Shown here: positions 15,954 through 26,140 of the stretch, in pieces
Layout: every line of letters begins with the position of its first letter
How positions within the stretch are numbered: the stretch's first letter is position 1
IMG/VR virus record: IMGVR_UViG_3300014508_000004
Location: 1-36,897 of that record
Source: a virus
Taxonomy: Duplodnaviria; Caudoviricetes
DNA length: 36,897 nt
Reading direction: 5' to 3' (one strand)
Notes under the pieces: generated by a model
Databases searched by the model: none
What the model was told of the DNA's origin: nothing
The model's input: only the letters and a program-made list of their open reading frames with translations
Made by a program: the position numbers and the translations under genes

Positions 15954-16610
15954 ATGTTAGATAAGACAATAGAATACCAAACAAGAAGCTTCGGAAAGTT
16001 AAGGGTTGTAAATATAATTAACTATAGAAAAGTTGAAGTTGAATTCGTTGATACTGGATATAGAGTAACAACAAAAACACAAAGTATATTAGCAGGAAGC
16101 GTAAAGGACAAGTTAAAGCCAACATCTTTTGGTGTTGGTTTTATTGGTGATGGCCCGTATAAGTCAAGGTCAGGAAAAGGATTTAGTAAGCAGTATCAAT
16201 CATGGCAAAGCATGCTTCACAGGTGTTACTGTCCAATATATCAAAAAAGAGCGCCAACGTACAAAGGGTGCTCTGTTGATAAGGGGTGGCATGACTTTCA
16301 GAGTTTTGCTAAGTGGTTTGATGAAAACCACATTAAAGGATATCAATTAGACAAAGACATAAAAATAAAAGGGAATAAAATTTATTCGCCAAAAACATGC
16401 TGCTTTGTTTCCCCGCAAAAGAACACAGAGGCATCTTGCGCCAAGACGTACAGGCTAACAAACCCAAAAGGAGTTATTGTTGATATATTTAATATGCGAA
16501 AGTTTTGTGAAAAAGAAGGCTTAACCAGAGTAAGCTTGATGAGAGTTTATAACGGGAAAAAACTAGAATACAAGGGCTGGATGGCTGCTCCAGATTGTAC
16601 GGTTAAGTAA
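15954..16610 (+). CDS. HNH-like homing endonuclease
   Basis: WQSMLHRCY, WHDFQSFAKW and LDKDI...YSPKTCCFV motifs. Confidence 0.8.
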   Translation: MLDKTIEYQTRSFGKLRVVNIINYRKVEVEFVDTGYRVTTKTQSILAGSVKDKLKPTSFGVGFIGDGPYKSRSGKGFSKQYQSWQSMLHRCYCPIYQKRAPTYKGCSVDKGWHDFQSFAKWFDENHIKGYQLDKDIKIKGNKIYSPKTCCFVSPQKNTEASCAKTYRLTNPKGVIVDIFNMRKFCEKEGLTRVSLMRVYNGKKLEYKGWMAAPDCTVK

Positions 16611-16708
16611 ATATGGTTTTAATGCTATAGCCATTAATTTAGAATTGGGATTTATCCATTTAGGATATAGGCCAGAGAATAACAAAATAGTTACTTGGGA
16701 GTATTAAC

Positions 16709-16831
16709 ATGACAGCATTTGAACAAGGTAAAGAAGCTAGAAAGAATGGTAAATCTGAAGAGTATAACCCTTACCGAAATAAGGGTTTGCCATCTGATTA
16801 TAAAGAGTGGGTTAAAGGTTGGAGGTTATAA
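16709..16831 (+). CDS. Rmf/CrpP-like 40-aa peptide
   Basis: Not in the track. GGGAG RBS; MTAFEQGKEARKNGKSEEYNPYRNKGLPSDYKEWVKGWRL. Confidence 0.65.
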   Translation: MTAFEQGKEARKNGKSEEYNPYRNKGLPSDYKEWVKGWRL

Positions 16832-16834
16832 AGT

Positions 16835-16856
16835 AAAGGGCGCAATGTCCTTTTTA
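16835..16856. terminator. Probable terminator between convergent modules
   Basis: AAAGGGC-gcaat-GTCCTTT followed by further Ts. Confidence 0.65.
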
Positions 16857-16857
16857 C

Positions 16858-18873
16858 TTAAACCATCAACATCCATACCGTACCATTGTAAAAAACTGGT
16901 CTTGGACTGCCTGTTACATTAACCCCTGACCAGTTGGCCCCATCATCAACAGCAACGACACCCGACACAGCCCCAAAAGCAGGAATACTAGACAATGGCG
17001 TGTACTTATGTGCGCCATCTTCAACAGAAACGTTCCTCAATGAATCTATAACTGATAAGTCTATATTTGCCGCTTCGGTAGATGTAAACACCGTCCGTCC
17101 TTTTATGATCCTCTCTAGGCTTGGCGTTTGCGAGATTATATCCCTAGAGCCTCCAACTGTGCCGGTCAGTGTGGCATCTGAAGATATAGACCTTCCATAT
17201 ACCTTTACTGAATTATCACTGTTAAAATTTGGTACCTTGTAATCACCAGTAAATTTAAATTGCGGTCTTGGCTGAAAAACACCGTTAGCAGGGATGGCTT
17301 GAAAGAATGAAATATCTATCTCGCCAATAATGTCAACAAGTAACGTCCCATCAGTATAAAATATTCTTCTGTCGGCTTGTGGGCCGTGGTCTATATACTT
17401 GAATCCGGGGATTTTTGTTGTAACTACTGCACCGCCCGTAGCGCCCCGTATAAATTTAAAGCACGATAGCAACCCTTGAGCCTCAAAGTGAGTATCAAAA
17501 GTCAAGTCGGTAAAAGAGTTTCCATCATCAGAAAGAACGACAGCATGGTCGTTTATACATGTTATATAATGATTTATAGTTTTTAACTGTTTTGCTTGTG
17601 TTATCCACATCGTCGGTCCACCAAGTAACTTTCTAAAGCTACCACCGATATATGTGTGTTGTATGTTTGACGCTATAGTGCCGATTGGTGCCGCTGTTAC
17701 AAAGTCGCTAACTATGCCCCATTCATGCCTACCGTCAACTATTACAGCGTAAGAGTTAACCCCTGCGTCATAATTGATATATGTTGGTGCGATATGTGTA
17801 TCAACTTCTCCAGCGTAATTATAAATACTTGTTCTTGTAAAGTAACCTGTGATAGTTACGTTATCAAAAACTAAGCTGTTAGCCGTCCCGCCTGTCACAT
17901 CACGACCATATTGCATACCCTGTAAAACATTATCAGCCGCCTCCGCTGTGACTGTTAGCTGTGAGATTGTCCCCCATCTACTAGCGGTCAAATCGAAAGC
18001 TGTCTTACTTGATGCTTTACTTAGTATTACTGCGCCATTTCCATTTATAGCCCAACCATGAGTTTTGAGCTCTGTTGCATTCAAAGAGCCATTACAGGTA
18101 TAAAAGCCACCGTTGAAATTCAACGTGACCGCTATAGAGCCAAGAATACCGAGAACAGGGGAAAACGTTCGGACTCTTAGTGCATTTAGTGCCGCGTTAA
18201 TGGCTAGGGTTGAGTCAATAACCCCTGTACTGTCTGCACCTAAAGACTCTACACTTAAAAAATTACTGTCAACCAAAGCCCACTGATTACCATTGCCGTC
18301 ATTAAGTAAAGCATCACCTAACTGTGCTGGTGATTTCGAAGGTGATTGGCCTGTTAATCCTGTTTGCTTCCATGAGCCATTACCCCCATCACCGCTAGTA
18401 GTAAATCCAGAGGTGGGAATATTTGTTGTTGCTGCGAAAGTTGCTGTACTAGCTATTAAGTCAGTAGTTGTTAATTGATAAGCAAATGCTTCCGCCGTGG
18501 TTGCTGCATTTTCTGCCGCTGCTTGAGCTGCGACACAATCAGCAAGTATAGCTTGAAACTCTATTAATTCAGCGCTTGATACTGGCACAAGTGCATTTAA
18601 TAACTCAGGTATGCTAGTTGCTGGATTGTCAGAGTTAACCGTTGCAACGCCTAAGTTTTTGAATTGCTGCTTCCGAACATCTTTATATTCGACCAGTACA
18701 AGTCCGTATTGCAATGGTAGAGAGTAAGTCCCGGCAGGGTTTACGGTAATAATTGAAACTGCGCTTTGTACAGTTTCTCCAGTTGTACTTTTATGCGTGA
18801 ACCTTATTTGATCGCCAACGGCTAAATCTCCATTTGGATCTAAAAGCGTTCCTGATAATGTAATAAATGCCAT
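16858..18873 (-). CDS. Tailspike / receptor-binding protein with beta-helix domain
   Basis: N-terminal anchor, Ala-rich linker, then SVESLGADSTGVIDSTLAINAA (pectate-lyase-3-like start); last tail gene. Confidence 0.8.
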   Translation of the reverse strand: MAFITLSGTLLDPNGDLAVGDQIRFTHKSTTGETVQSAVSIITVNPAGTYSLPLQYGLVLVEYKDVRKQQFKNLGVATVNSDNPATSIPELLNALVPVSSAELIEFQAILADCVAAQAAAENAATTAEAFAYQLTTTDLIASTATFAATTNIPTSGFTTSGDGGNGSWKQTGLTGQSPSKSPAQLGDALLNDGNGNQWALVDSNFLSVESLGADSTGVIDSTLAINAALNALRVRTFSPVLGILGSIAVTLNFNGGFYTCNGSLNATELKTHGWAINGNGAVILSKASSKTAFDLTASRWGTISQLTVTAEAADNVLQGMQYGRDVTGGTANSLVFDNVTITGYFTRTSIYNYAGEVDTHIAPTYINYDAGVNSYAVIVDGRHEWGIVSDFVTAAPIGTIASNIQHTYIGGSFRKLLGGPTMWITQAKQLKTINHYITCINDHAVVLSDDGNSFTDLTFDTHFEAQGLLSCFKFIRGATGGAVVTTKIPGFKYIDHGPQADRRIFYTDGTLLVDIIGEIDISFFQAIPANGVFQPRPQFKFTGDYKVPNFNSDNSVKVYGRSISSDATLTGTVGGSRDIISQTPSLERIIKGRTVFTSTEAANIDLSVIDSLRNVSVEDGAHKYTPLSSIPAFGAVSGVVAVDDGANWSGVNVTGSPRPVFYNGTVWMLMV

Positions 18874-18874
18874 G

Positions 18875-19213
18875 TTATTTGTTCCTATAAAGATTAGTTA
18901 CGTAAGCGATATTTACCACTTTTTCAACTTCTGATTTAATGTCGATATCTTGCTTTTTATTAATGCTCTGCCTTATTGCCAATATCTCGCTATTGATTAA
19001 AGATAGCTCTTTACTGTGATCAACATGCTTAACTTCTTTTTTAACCTCTACTTTAGATGTTATTAGTTTACTTAGCTCGTTAACCTTTGTATCAACCTTG
19101 GATATTTGAGCGCTGTAATCAACTTGCTTAATTGGCTTAGGTGGCTTTATTGATTGAATCTTTTTTAACTCAGACTCAATTCTATCTAACTTTTCTAATA
19201 ACGTTTCGCTCAT
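18875..19213 (-). CDS. Hypothetical coiled-coil protein
   Basis: 112 aa within the tail operon. Confidence 0.6.
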   Translation of the reverse strand: MSETLLEKLDRIESELKKIQSIKPPKPIKQVDYSAQISKVDTKVNELSKLITSKVEVKKEVKHVDHSKELSLINSEILAIRQSINKKQDIDIKSEVEKVVNIAYVTNLYRNK

Positions 19214-19252
19214 TGTGTGACCTTACTTTTTAATTTTGTTAATTGTAACATA

Positions 19253-21592
19253 TTAGTGATCGCCTCCGCCGTTGATGTATCTAGATGGTGTATCGCCAAA
19301 AAATGTAACGGTTGCGCCACTGTCTACAACGCCACTACCAGCAAGTCCGCCTGTTGCACCGTTGTTAGCTCCAGCTAACCCCCAGCCTGAACCCGAGCCG
19401 TCAATTTCCCCGTTAGAGCCAGCGCTACCAGGTAATGTCCCTCCATCAATAGCTCTACCAGCGTTACCACCAACACCAGCCGAACGACCATCTCCACCGT
19501 TACCACCGTTGCCAGATGTGTAATTTGGCGAAACACCAGTATGATTAAAACCACCATCGCCGCCACTAGGCGCGCGTATATAACCATCAGCAACAGGAAA
19601 AGCCACTGAAGGAGTTGCTCCGCTAAAGTATATGTCAGTATCAACACCATCAGCATTGTAAACTATACCGCCAGCAGTGCCGCTAACAGGAGGGAAAAAG
19701 CTATATATGTCTAAAGTGTCATTGTAAATAACATCTTCACCCCTTCCACCATTACCACCCGTTGCCTGACCGTCAAAACCATTAACAAGTATTATTGTTA
19801 ACTTAGAGCCAGCAGGGAAGCTACCAGCACTAATTGACGTATCACCAAATGAATAGCTGCCATCAAGTACAAATGTTAAATCTACAGCCTGTGAAGGTGC
19901 GCCGCCAAGTATAAATAAATTTACCTCTCCTAGCGGAGAATCTAAAACTATTTCTGAACCGCTATTAAATGCAGCCTCATACGACATGGTTTTTACATCG
20001 TAAGTCCTGCCAGCCTTTCCATACTTAGGGTTTATCTTTACTATTTGAGCGCGTATATTTCCTGATATTCCCCCGCTTGGCCCTTGGTCAACAGTTGTAA
20101 CTAAATCAACAACATCACCAGTGTTAAATTTTAAAGCTCTTTCTTCAACCTCAAAACTTCTGATGTAAGGCGTAAATTTAAACCTGCTAACGTACCTTTG
20201 AGTTAATAAATCAGCAGCATCTTTTGTCAAAAGAAAGTTATTATCAAATTGCTTATCTTTATGTTTACCGTAAAACGCTGGAGTTGCTAAAATATTATCG
20301 GCAAACTGACTTCCTTTTTTATAACTGCCTATATCATCACTACTGGTTAGGTTTCTTTTGTCATATAAAACCAAGGCCCTAGATGCTCTAATTGACTCAC
20401 TAGGCGCTTTACTTATAGTGTTTGAATTTATTTCCTTACCTTCAGTAAGCGTAGCTGTTGATTGTTTCCATACTGAAATAGCCGACAACTTAACTAAGTT
20501 TTCAGTAGCAGAAAACCATAGGTCCATTAAGAACCCTGTAAGTATTCTATTTAATACACTGTTAACGCTTCCTGACTCAGTGTGTAAAGTGTTAATCTTG
20601 TCTAATGGATGCCATTCCGCAACTTCTGCCGCCCATTCTGCCGCAGGTATCAAAGCAACATCAAGATCGCTATCAACTAAAACCTTAGTTATTAACTCGT
20701 CAATAGTTTCATCATCTGATAAGTCACATATAAATACTTCATCGCCTGCATCATGCTCGCTTGCTACTGTACGCGTCAATAAAACAGCAGATGTGGGCGC
20801 GTAAAATGCACCCCCTCTACTAGCGACGTTTAGTGTTGCGGTAGCAGTTAAATTATCAGACACACTTATAACCTGCATTATCTCGTCACCAATACGAACA
20901 AATACAGCCGCAGAGTAATCCGTTTCAGCGTCAACAGGTATACTAGTGACTGATATAGCGACATCTAAGCGAAGCACTCCGCCTGTGTTTATTGGCCATG
21001 ATTTATCATCTAGGTTAGCAACTGAAATAACATCTTTACATTCTAGCGACCAATTACCAGATTTAGCGTTTAATTTGAAAGCGCTTGAGTTGTAATATCT
21101 AGACTGTGCGCCATTAGCTAAATCTACTGAGCCATCTGGCTGCACTCGATAAAGTTTAAGCCTTACGTCTCTGTTTTCAAATATCTGTCTTTCTTCCCAC
21201 TTACCGAAAAATGTACCTTGGTTTTTTACCGCGTCAGTTACACCGGGAGCGCCAATATTTGGATCTTGCTTTGTAAAATCTTTAAAGGTTATTGATAAAC
21301 TACCCCTTGCAGATAACCCATTACCAGGCTTTAACTCTGTAGTATTTTCTCGTATTGCTGTAATGCAACGATAAATTGGCTCACCGTTTATGCTTGGCAA
21401 TATAGGCGCGTTCTCATTCGTAAAGTAATAAGTCTTGTACTCATTGGTCCATGCTTGATCACAAGTTAAAGGAGTACCAAAACCACCAGCACCCGAAACA
21501 GTACAAGCCCCCGTTATTACAGGCAAGTCTATTTCAAACACTTCAAAGTGCCGCTGGACTCTCATATCTTGAGTTGCTAAAAAAGTGCTCAT
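19253..21592 (-). CDS. Tail tip / baseplate hub protein with glycine-rich C-terminus
   Basis: 779 aa two genes after the tape measure; Gly-rich tail. Confidence 0.7.
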   Translation of the reverse strand: MSTFLATQDMRVQRHFEVFEIDLPVITGACTVSGAGGFGTPLTCDQAWTNEYKTYYFTNENAPILPSINGEPIYRCITAIRENTTELKPGNGLSARGSLSITFKDFTKQDPNIGAPGVTDAVKNQGTFFGKWEERQIFENRDVRLKLYRVQPDGSVDLANGAQSRYYNSSAFKLNAKSGNWSLECKDVISVANLDDKSWPINTGGVLRLDVAISVTSIPVDAETDYSAAVFVRIGDEIMQVISVSDNLTATATLNVASRGGAFYAPTSAVLLTRTVASEHDAGDEVFICDLSDDETIDELITKVLVDSDLDVALIPAAEWAAEVAEWHPLDKINTLHTESGSVNSVLNRILTGFLMDLWFSATENLVKLSAISVWKQSTATLTEGKEINSNTISKAPSESIRASRALVLYDKRNLTSSDDIGSYKKGSQFADNILATPAFYGKHKDKQFDNNFLLTKDAADLLTQRYVSRFKFTPYIRSFEVEERALKFNTGDVVDLVTTVDQGPSGGISGNIRAQIVKINPKYGKAGRTYDVKTMSYEAAFNSGSEIVLDSPLGEVNLFILGGAPSQAVDLTFVLDGSYSFGDTSISAGSFPAGSKLTIILVNGFDGQATGGNGGRGEDVIYNDTLDIYSFFPPVSGTAGGIVYNADGVDTDIYFSGATPSVAFPVADGYIRAPSGGDGGFNHTGVSPNYTSGNGGNGGDGRSAGVGGNAGRAIDGGTLPGSAGSNGEIDGSGSGWGLAGANNGATGGLAGSGVVDSGATVTFFGDTPSRYINGGGDH

Positions 21593-22342
21593 TTATAACC
21601 CGTTATATACTGTGAATTTTAAAGTGATTACATCTAGAGTCGGCGTTTGTGGGTGAGACTTTACGCCCGGTATTGGATCGTAACAAATATAACTAGACTC
21701 AGGCTTATCTTGAAACTCTTTTATAAAGAAAGGCTGTTCAAAACTAAAGTCTATGAAGTCTTGCCAAGTTCCCTTTGTGAATATAGCTAACTCATTAGGT
21801 AGTGAAAGCGTACCTTTTAAAGCTTTAGCTCTTTGTGTTGAAGATATTGGCCCAACTTCTAATGTGCTATTGCTTCTTTGTGTTACGTGCCTATTTAGCC
21901 AGTTACGAGCGTACCCCGCCTGCTGCCCTGTTTCGATAGCAAGGTACTGACCAGCTGCAATAAAACTAACGGTCATTTGGTAATTGTTCGGCACAGTAAT
22001 AAATTTAATAAATAAATTTGTAAAGTTCATTTCAGGGAACGTAAACATTATATTATTATTTCTATCTATCGTAACCGTATCAATTAAGGTGACGTTATCA
22101 TAAAGTTCTATAGTTGCTGATGTTGGCGTTGCTGCCGTATGACCCGAAATAGCTACGTAACTAATGTTACTTTGTGCGCCATAACTAACTTGAAAATCAC
22201 CAGTTGATGTACCGCAAGTGTAATTCAAGGAGTGATCAGGATCTGATATATTTGCCGCCACCTCACCCGTCCCAGCGTCAGATAATATTGTTGGGGTTAA
22301 TCCCAGCAATACATTTGATGTGGACATTGCTAATTCAGCCAT
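21593..22342 (-). CDS. Minor (distal) tail protein
   Basis: Directly follows the tape measure gene. Confidence 0.6.
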   Translation of the reverse strand: MAELAMSTSNVLLGLTPTILSDAGTGEVAANISDPDHSLNYTCGTSTGDFQVSYGAQSNISYVAISGHTAATPTSATIELYDNVTLIDTVTIDRNNNIMFTFPEMNFTNLFIKFITVPNNYQMTVSFIAAGQYLAIETGQQAGYARNWLNRHVTQRSNSTLEVGPISSTQRAKALKGTLSLPNELAIFTKGTWQDFIDFSFEQPFFIKEFQDKPESSYICYDPIPGVKSHPQTPTLDVITLKFTVYNGL

Positions 22343-23898
22343 TATGTAAACCTTCCTTCTGACATGCCTTTATTTAAAGCTTCAGCAATAGCGTTAACTA
22401 AATCATCGCCTGTATCTGAGCCAAATGTTATTGTTTGTTGATTTGAACCACCCGAACTTGAATCAGTTAATTCTAATGATGAAGTTTGCTCTTGGAAGTC
22501 TTGCTGTGATTGACTGCTAGAGCTAGATCCTGAACTCGAACTTTCAGAAACATTACCGCCACCTTTTGAGGCGCTTCTTAGGTTGGCAAGCTGCGCTATA
22601 CCTGTCGCGGCAACTACAGCTGCATTTGCGTATGCCTCGTATATATTTGATGATGTTGCAAAAGCTCGCATTATACCTGTGGCTGTATCGGCAACAATTA
22701 TACCTGCCTGTATTGCTTTGTTATCCTCAAGAAAAGCATTACCCAGTACGCTAGCAGCCTTAACATAACTACTCTGAACTGAAAGTTTTTCGCTTGCTTT
22801 TAACTTTTCCCAGCTAATATCATCTTTAGCGCCTTTTCTTATCATTATTTCTAGTGGTTTTATTCCGTCCTCGTAACCATCAGCTAAGGAATTTCCCAAC
22901 ACCTTCCCTGCGTCGTAACCGATATCCTCCATGCTAACGCCAAGTAATTCAGATAGCGCCTCAGCAGATGCTTGTTGTCTTTCGGCTAAAACACTATCAA
23001 ATGTGTCTAGGTCGTTAACAAAATCATTAAGCGCTGCTTGTGCTAGCTTTAACGGGTTTGCTAATGATGTTGCTATAACATTAAAAGTGTCAGCAGTTTT
23101 TTGACCAAGAAAAACAGTAGCATTTATAACTGCTATTAATTCTTCTGAGTAATCCGCGATCAGTTGCTTTGACTCTTGGCTAAATATATTTCCAGCCTTT
23201 TCAAGCTCCTTGTTTACCTTGTTTATTTTTTCTATGTCGGCACTTGATATTGTTATATTTAACAAATCAAACTCAGTTCTAAGGTCTTTTAAAGCTTCGC
23301 CATTACCCTTTAATAGTGGTATCAAGTCTGTCGCGTCACTCGCTACACCCTCTAAAGCGAACGACATCTTTCCGCCTGATATGCCAGCAGCTTCCATTCG
23401 GGTTACCATTGCCTGTAAAACCTCTGGACCACTTAAGCTTTCAAACTCACTAGCCGCATTTTTTGCCTCTATAGCGGTCAAGCCAAGAACATCAGCGAAG
23501 TCTTGAAATCCTCCTCCGCCAGTGGCTAAAAACTCAGAAACTTTCTCGTTAGTATCTTTTGATATATCACCTATTTTTTCAAGTGATATGCCGACAGTGT
23601 TAGTAGCAAACGCGAGAGATTGCATATTTTCAACGCTCTCACCCGCCCTGTTTGATGCTATAGTTAATTCCCTTGAAAACTTACCAGCCTGAGTAACAGC
23701 TATAGCTACTGAAGCGGCGATAGCCGTAACAGCCGTAGCCATAACTTTTGCAGATGTAGAGAATTTTTTTAAGGAGTTGTCGGCTTTTGATACAGAACCG
23801 TCGAGATGGTCTATTCTTCTGTTCGTTTCTTTAAGTTTTGCGTCAAGCTTTTGTGTTTTAGCGTCAAGCTCTATTATTAGTGATTCTGTGTTAGCCAT
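22342..23898 (-). CDS. Tail tape measure protein
   Basis: SLIIELDAKT N-terminus, Ala-rich helices, EFLATGGGGFQDF; position after the chaperones. Confidence 0.9.
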   Translation of the reverse strand: MANTESLIIELDAKTQKLDAKLKETNRRIDHLDGSVSKADNSLKKFSTSAKVMATAVTAIAASVAIAVTQAGKFSRELTIASNRAGESVENMQSLAFATNTVGISLEKIGDISKDTNEKVSEFLATGGGGFQDFADVLGLTAIEAKNAASEFESLSGPEVLQAMVTRMEAAGISGGKMSFALEGVASDATDLIPLLKGNGEALKDLRTEFDLLNITISSADIEKINKVNKELEKAGNIFSQESKQLIADYSEELIAVINATVFLGQKTADTFNVIATSLANPLKLAQAALNDFVNDLDTFDSVLAERQQASAEALSELLGVSMEDIGYDAGKVLGNSLADGYEDGIKPLEIMIRKGAKDDISWEKLKASEKLSVQSSYVKAASVLGNAFLEDNKAIQAGIIVADTATGIMRAFATSSNIYEAYANAAVVAATGIAQLANLRSASKGGGNVSESSSSGSSSSSQSQQDFQEQTSSLELTDSSSGGSNQQTITFGSDTGDDLVNAIAEALNKGMSEGRFT

Positions 23899-24125
23899 TC
23901 TTTAGACGCTCCGTTTTGAACTCTTTCAAAGTTTAACATTATGCTTGTGTCGTTTTCTTGCTTATCATTAAGATCAAAGAGGTTATATATCTCAACAAAA
24001 TCTAGCGACCAAGCATCATTAGTTGTTAGTTTTAATTGCTTTACTGCGGCATTAAACCAACTCCAGTAATTAAACTTGAACGGCTCAAAGTCAGAATTTA
24101 CCCCTCCTTTATAGCCTTTTTTTTT
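23877..24125 (-). CDS. Tail assembly chaperone -1 frameshift extension (gpGT-like)
   Basis: A9 run with A AAA AAG heptamer at 24116-24125; -1 frame open: GYKGGVNSDFEPFKFNYWSWF...EWLTQNH stop. Confidence 0.8.
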   Translation of the reverse strand, partial: KKKGYKGGVNSDFEPFKFNYWSWFNAAVKQLKLTTNDAWSLDFVEIYNLFDLNDKQENDTSIMLNFERVQNGASKEWLTQNH

Positions 24126-24499
24126 ACTGGCATATTTATTGAAAAGTAATCATTAATCTGCACGGCAATATCAAGCATAACCAAGGGCCACGGCTCACTC
24201 ATGTTATCGCTTCTGTCGCTAGGTAACCAGCTAACCCTATACATAGCATCTTGAATCTCTGCCATAGGTATTGAATCATCAGTTATCAAAGCGTGAATAG
24301 CATAAGAAGCAGTCTCAAATGTGCAAACATTATAAAATAACTTCATCCTTTCTAGATCATCAACGCCAGATGTTTTTTTACATTCATCTAGATACATTAA
24401 GAAAATGTATTGCAAATCCTGCCCTGTTTTATCAAAAAAGGACTTGCAAGCAGCGAGGCTGATCTTAAAAGGATATTCTTTATAGCAGAGCTTAATCAT
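24098..24499 (-). CDS. Tail assembly chaperone (gpG-like)
   Basis: Between tail tube and tape measure; ends VKKKAIKEG at the slippery site. Confidence 0.8.
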   Translation of the reverse strand: MIKLCYKEYPFKISLAACKSFFDKTGQDLQYIFLMYLDECKKTSGVDDLERMKLFYNVCTFETASYAIHALITDDSIPMAEIQDAMYRVSWLPSDRSDNMSEPWPLVMLDIAVQINDYFSINMPVKKKAIKEG

Positions 24500-24921
24500 T
24501 AAGCATCTGCCGCTTCAGTTATTGTAACAACGCCACTAGAGTTAAATGATAAATCAGTGGTTACTTTTGCCCCTTGAGGGATGCCGTCACTTAAACCAGT
24601 AGGAACAAACAAGCCAGTAAACGACTCATCAGTAACCACACCTGAACCAGTATAGGTCAAAGTATAAGTATCTTGAGTGCCAGAGAATGAATCCGATCTT
24701 ACCTTTCTAAATTGAGCGTCATTGTTATACGTAAACTGACCAGAAAAAACATGCTGCTTAGCTGATAGCTCTCCATCAAGATAAGTTACATTATCACCAT
24801 AAGACTTATTACCTATCTCGATAGGCGTGCCGCCAAACGTGTGAGTAAAATCACCCTGACCGACAATCTCACCAGTAGTGTTATTTAGTACGATAGCAGT
24901 ACCATTGAGTTCTTTAGCCAT
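24499..24921 (-). CDS. Major tail (tube) protein
   Basis: 140 aa beta-rich; synteny; LSFNSSGVV C-terminus. Confidence 0.75.
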   Translation of the reverse strand: MAKELNGTAIVLNNTTGEIVGQGDFTHTFGGTPIEIGNKSYGDNVTYLDGELSAKQHVFSGQFTYNNDAQFRKVRSDSFSGTQDTYTLTYTGSGVVTDESFTGLFVPTGLSDGIPQGAKVTTDLSFNSSGVVTITEAADA

Positions 24922-24933
24922 TTTTATTACCCT

Positions 24934-25347
24934 TTACTTTGTAGAAAATGTTAAATAGTTTATTGATATGTCACGTTTAAACCATGACTCCGATTCTGTG
25001 CCTGAGTTTACATTTGAATCAAGCGTACTTACTGTTTGGTTATTATACACTAATTGTTGATTATACCTAAACGCAGTTAGTACGCTGTCGATAGCCTGTA
25101 GTTGATCATTGTCATAAGTAGAGCTATTAGCACTACAGAAAACACTTACCTGAAATACACCTCGCTGCTCATCGCTTGATAGCAGGGTTTTTCCTGTTGC
25201 CTCTGTTGTTGCTGGTAGATAATAAGCCGCATACCACAAAGACTTACCTGAAGGATTAAAATTATTGTTTTCAAATGCAACATCAGACAAGTCAACTATT
25301 GTTGATAACTGATTAATAAATGCTTGTTTAGTATCAAAATGACTCAT
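24934..25347 (-). CDS. Tail terminator-like protein
   Basis: VAFENNNFNP and GVFQVSVF motifs; synteny. Confidence 0.7.
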   Translation of the reverse strand: MSHFDTKQAFINQLSTIVDLSDVAFENNNFNPSGKSLWYAAYYLPATTEATGKTLLSSDEQRGVFQVSVFCSANSSTYDNDQLQAIDSVLTAFRYNQQLVYNNQTVSTLDSNVNSGTESESWFKRDISINYLTFSTK

Positions 25348-25763
25348 AACGACCTTATTTTATTTTGCATTTGTATTAATGTTTTTCTTACCCACCCATT
25401 AGGAGCTTGCTTACTAAACCCCCCCGAAGTTAAATCACCACCCGGGACAGGAAATCCGCCATATTCAAGAACGCCAATGTAAGGCAGGTTATTTGTATAA
25501 AATATTTTTTTATTTAATACAAGCCTTGGCATTTGTGACAATTGACGAATAGCTGCCAACCCTTGAGCTTTACTGGTTGTAGTGTCCGAAGATGGAACAC
25601 CTAGTGATAAAAACCAATTATTCCTAGCTCTACCAGTGTCAGCGGGTGTTGCTTGCACTATATTTGTTAAACCTGAAAGATATACACCTCTAACATTATC
25701 GTTAACCCTAAGGTAAGCGTCCTCTGTCATTTTAGTGACTTTCTCTCGACCTAGTAACGGCAT
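25344..25763 (-). CDS. HK97 gp10-like neck/tail completion protein
   Basis: TPADTGRARNNW, NNLPYIGVLEYG and SKQAPNGWV motifs. Confidence 0.8.
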   Translation of the reverse strand: MPLLGREKVTKMTEDAYLRVNDNVRGVYLSGLTNIVQATPADTGRARNNWFLSLGVPSSDTTTSKAQGLAAIRQLSQMPRLVLNKKIFYTNNLPYIGVLEYGGFPVPGGDLTSGGFSKQAPNGWVRKTLIQMQNKIRSL

Positions 25764-26140
25764 TATTTTAACCTTACTTGCGGAATGTAAGCCAACGCAT
25801 CAGATGTTGGAGCTATCACGTTAATTGATACTACATAGTACGTTAATGCGCCTTGTGTGATTGTGTCGCCTTGCTTGACTACATTTACATTGTCACAAAT
25901 CAGCCTTCTATCGCCAGCAAGAATATTGATATCGAAATACTTAGCGTCGTAATCAATAAATATTGCGTTAAACAATTCAACTGTTGATGAAGTTGTTGTG
26001 CCGGGGTTTATCGGTGTACCCGGCGTAGTTGATTTTTTAACAAGGTACACTTTATCGCTAGTAGGCGAGCCAGTCTTAATCTGTGCTCGTTTCAAGCCAG
26101 CTTTAATTCTTTTTTGTATCTGTGCGCTACTCATGACCAC
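25763..26140 (-). CDS. Head closure / head-tail joining protein
   Basis: ILAGDRRL motif, C-terminal QVR; synteny. Start may be a downstream ATG. Confidence 0.6.
   Translation of the reverse strand: MVMSSAQIQKRIKAGLKRAQIKTGSPTSDKVYLVKKSTTPGTPINPGTTTSSTVELFNAIFIDYDAKYFDINILAGDRRLICDNVNVVKQGDTITQGALTYYVVSINVIAPTSDALAYIPQVRLK

Noticed and set aside
16719-16922. 67-aa plus-strand ORF from the track
   Set aside because: Crosses a terminator and overlaps the tailspike; the 16709..16831 frame has the RBS and a recognisable motif.
16858-18873. Diversity-generating retroelement or invertase-based tail switching
   Set aside because: No reverse transcriptase, invertase or template/variable repeat pair was seen.
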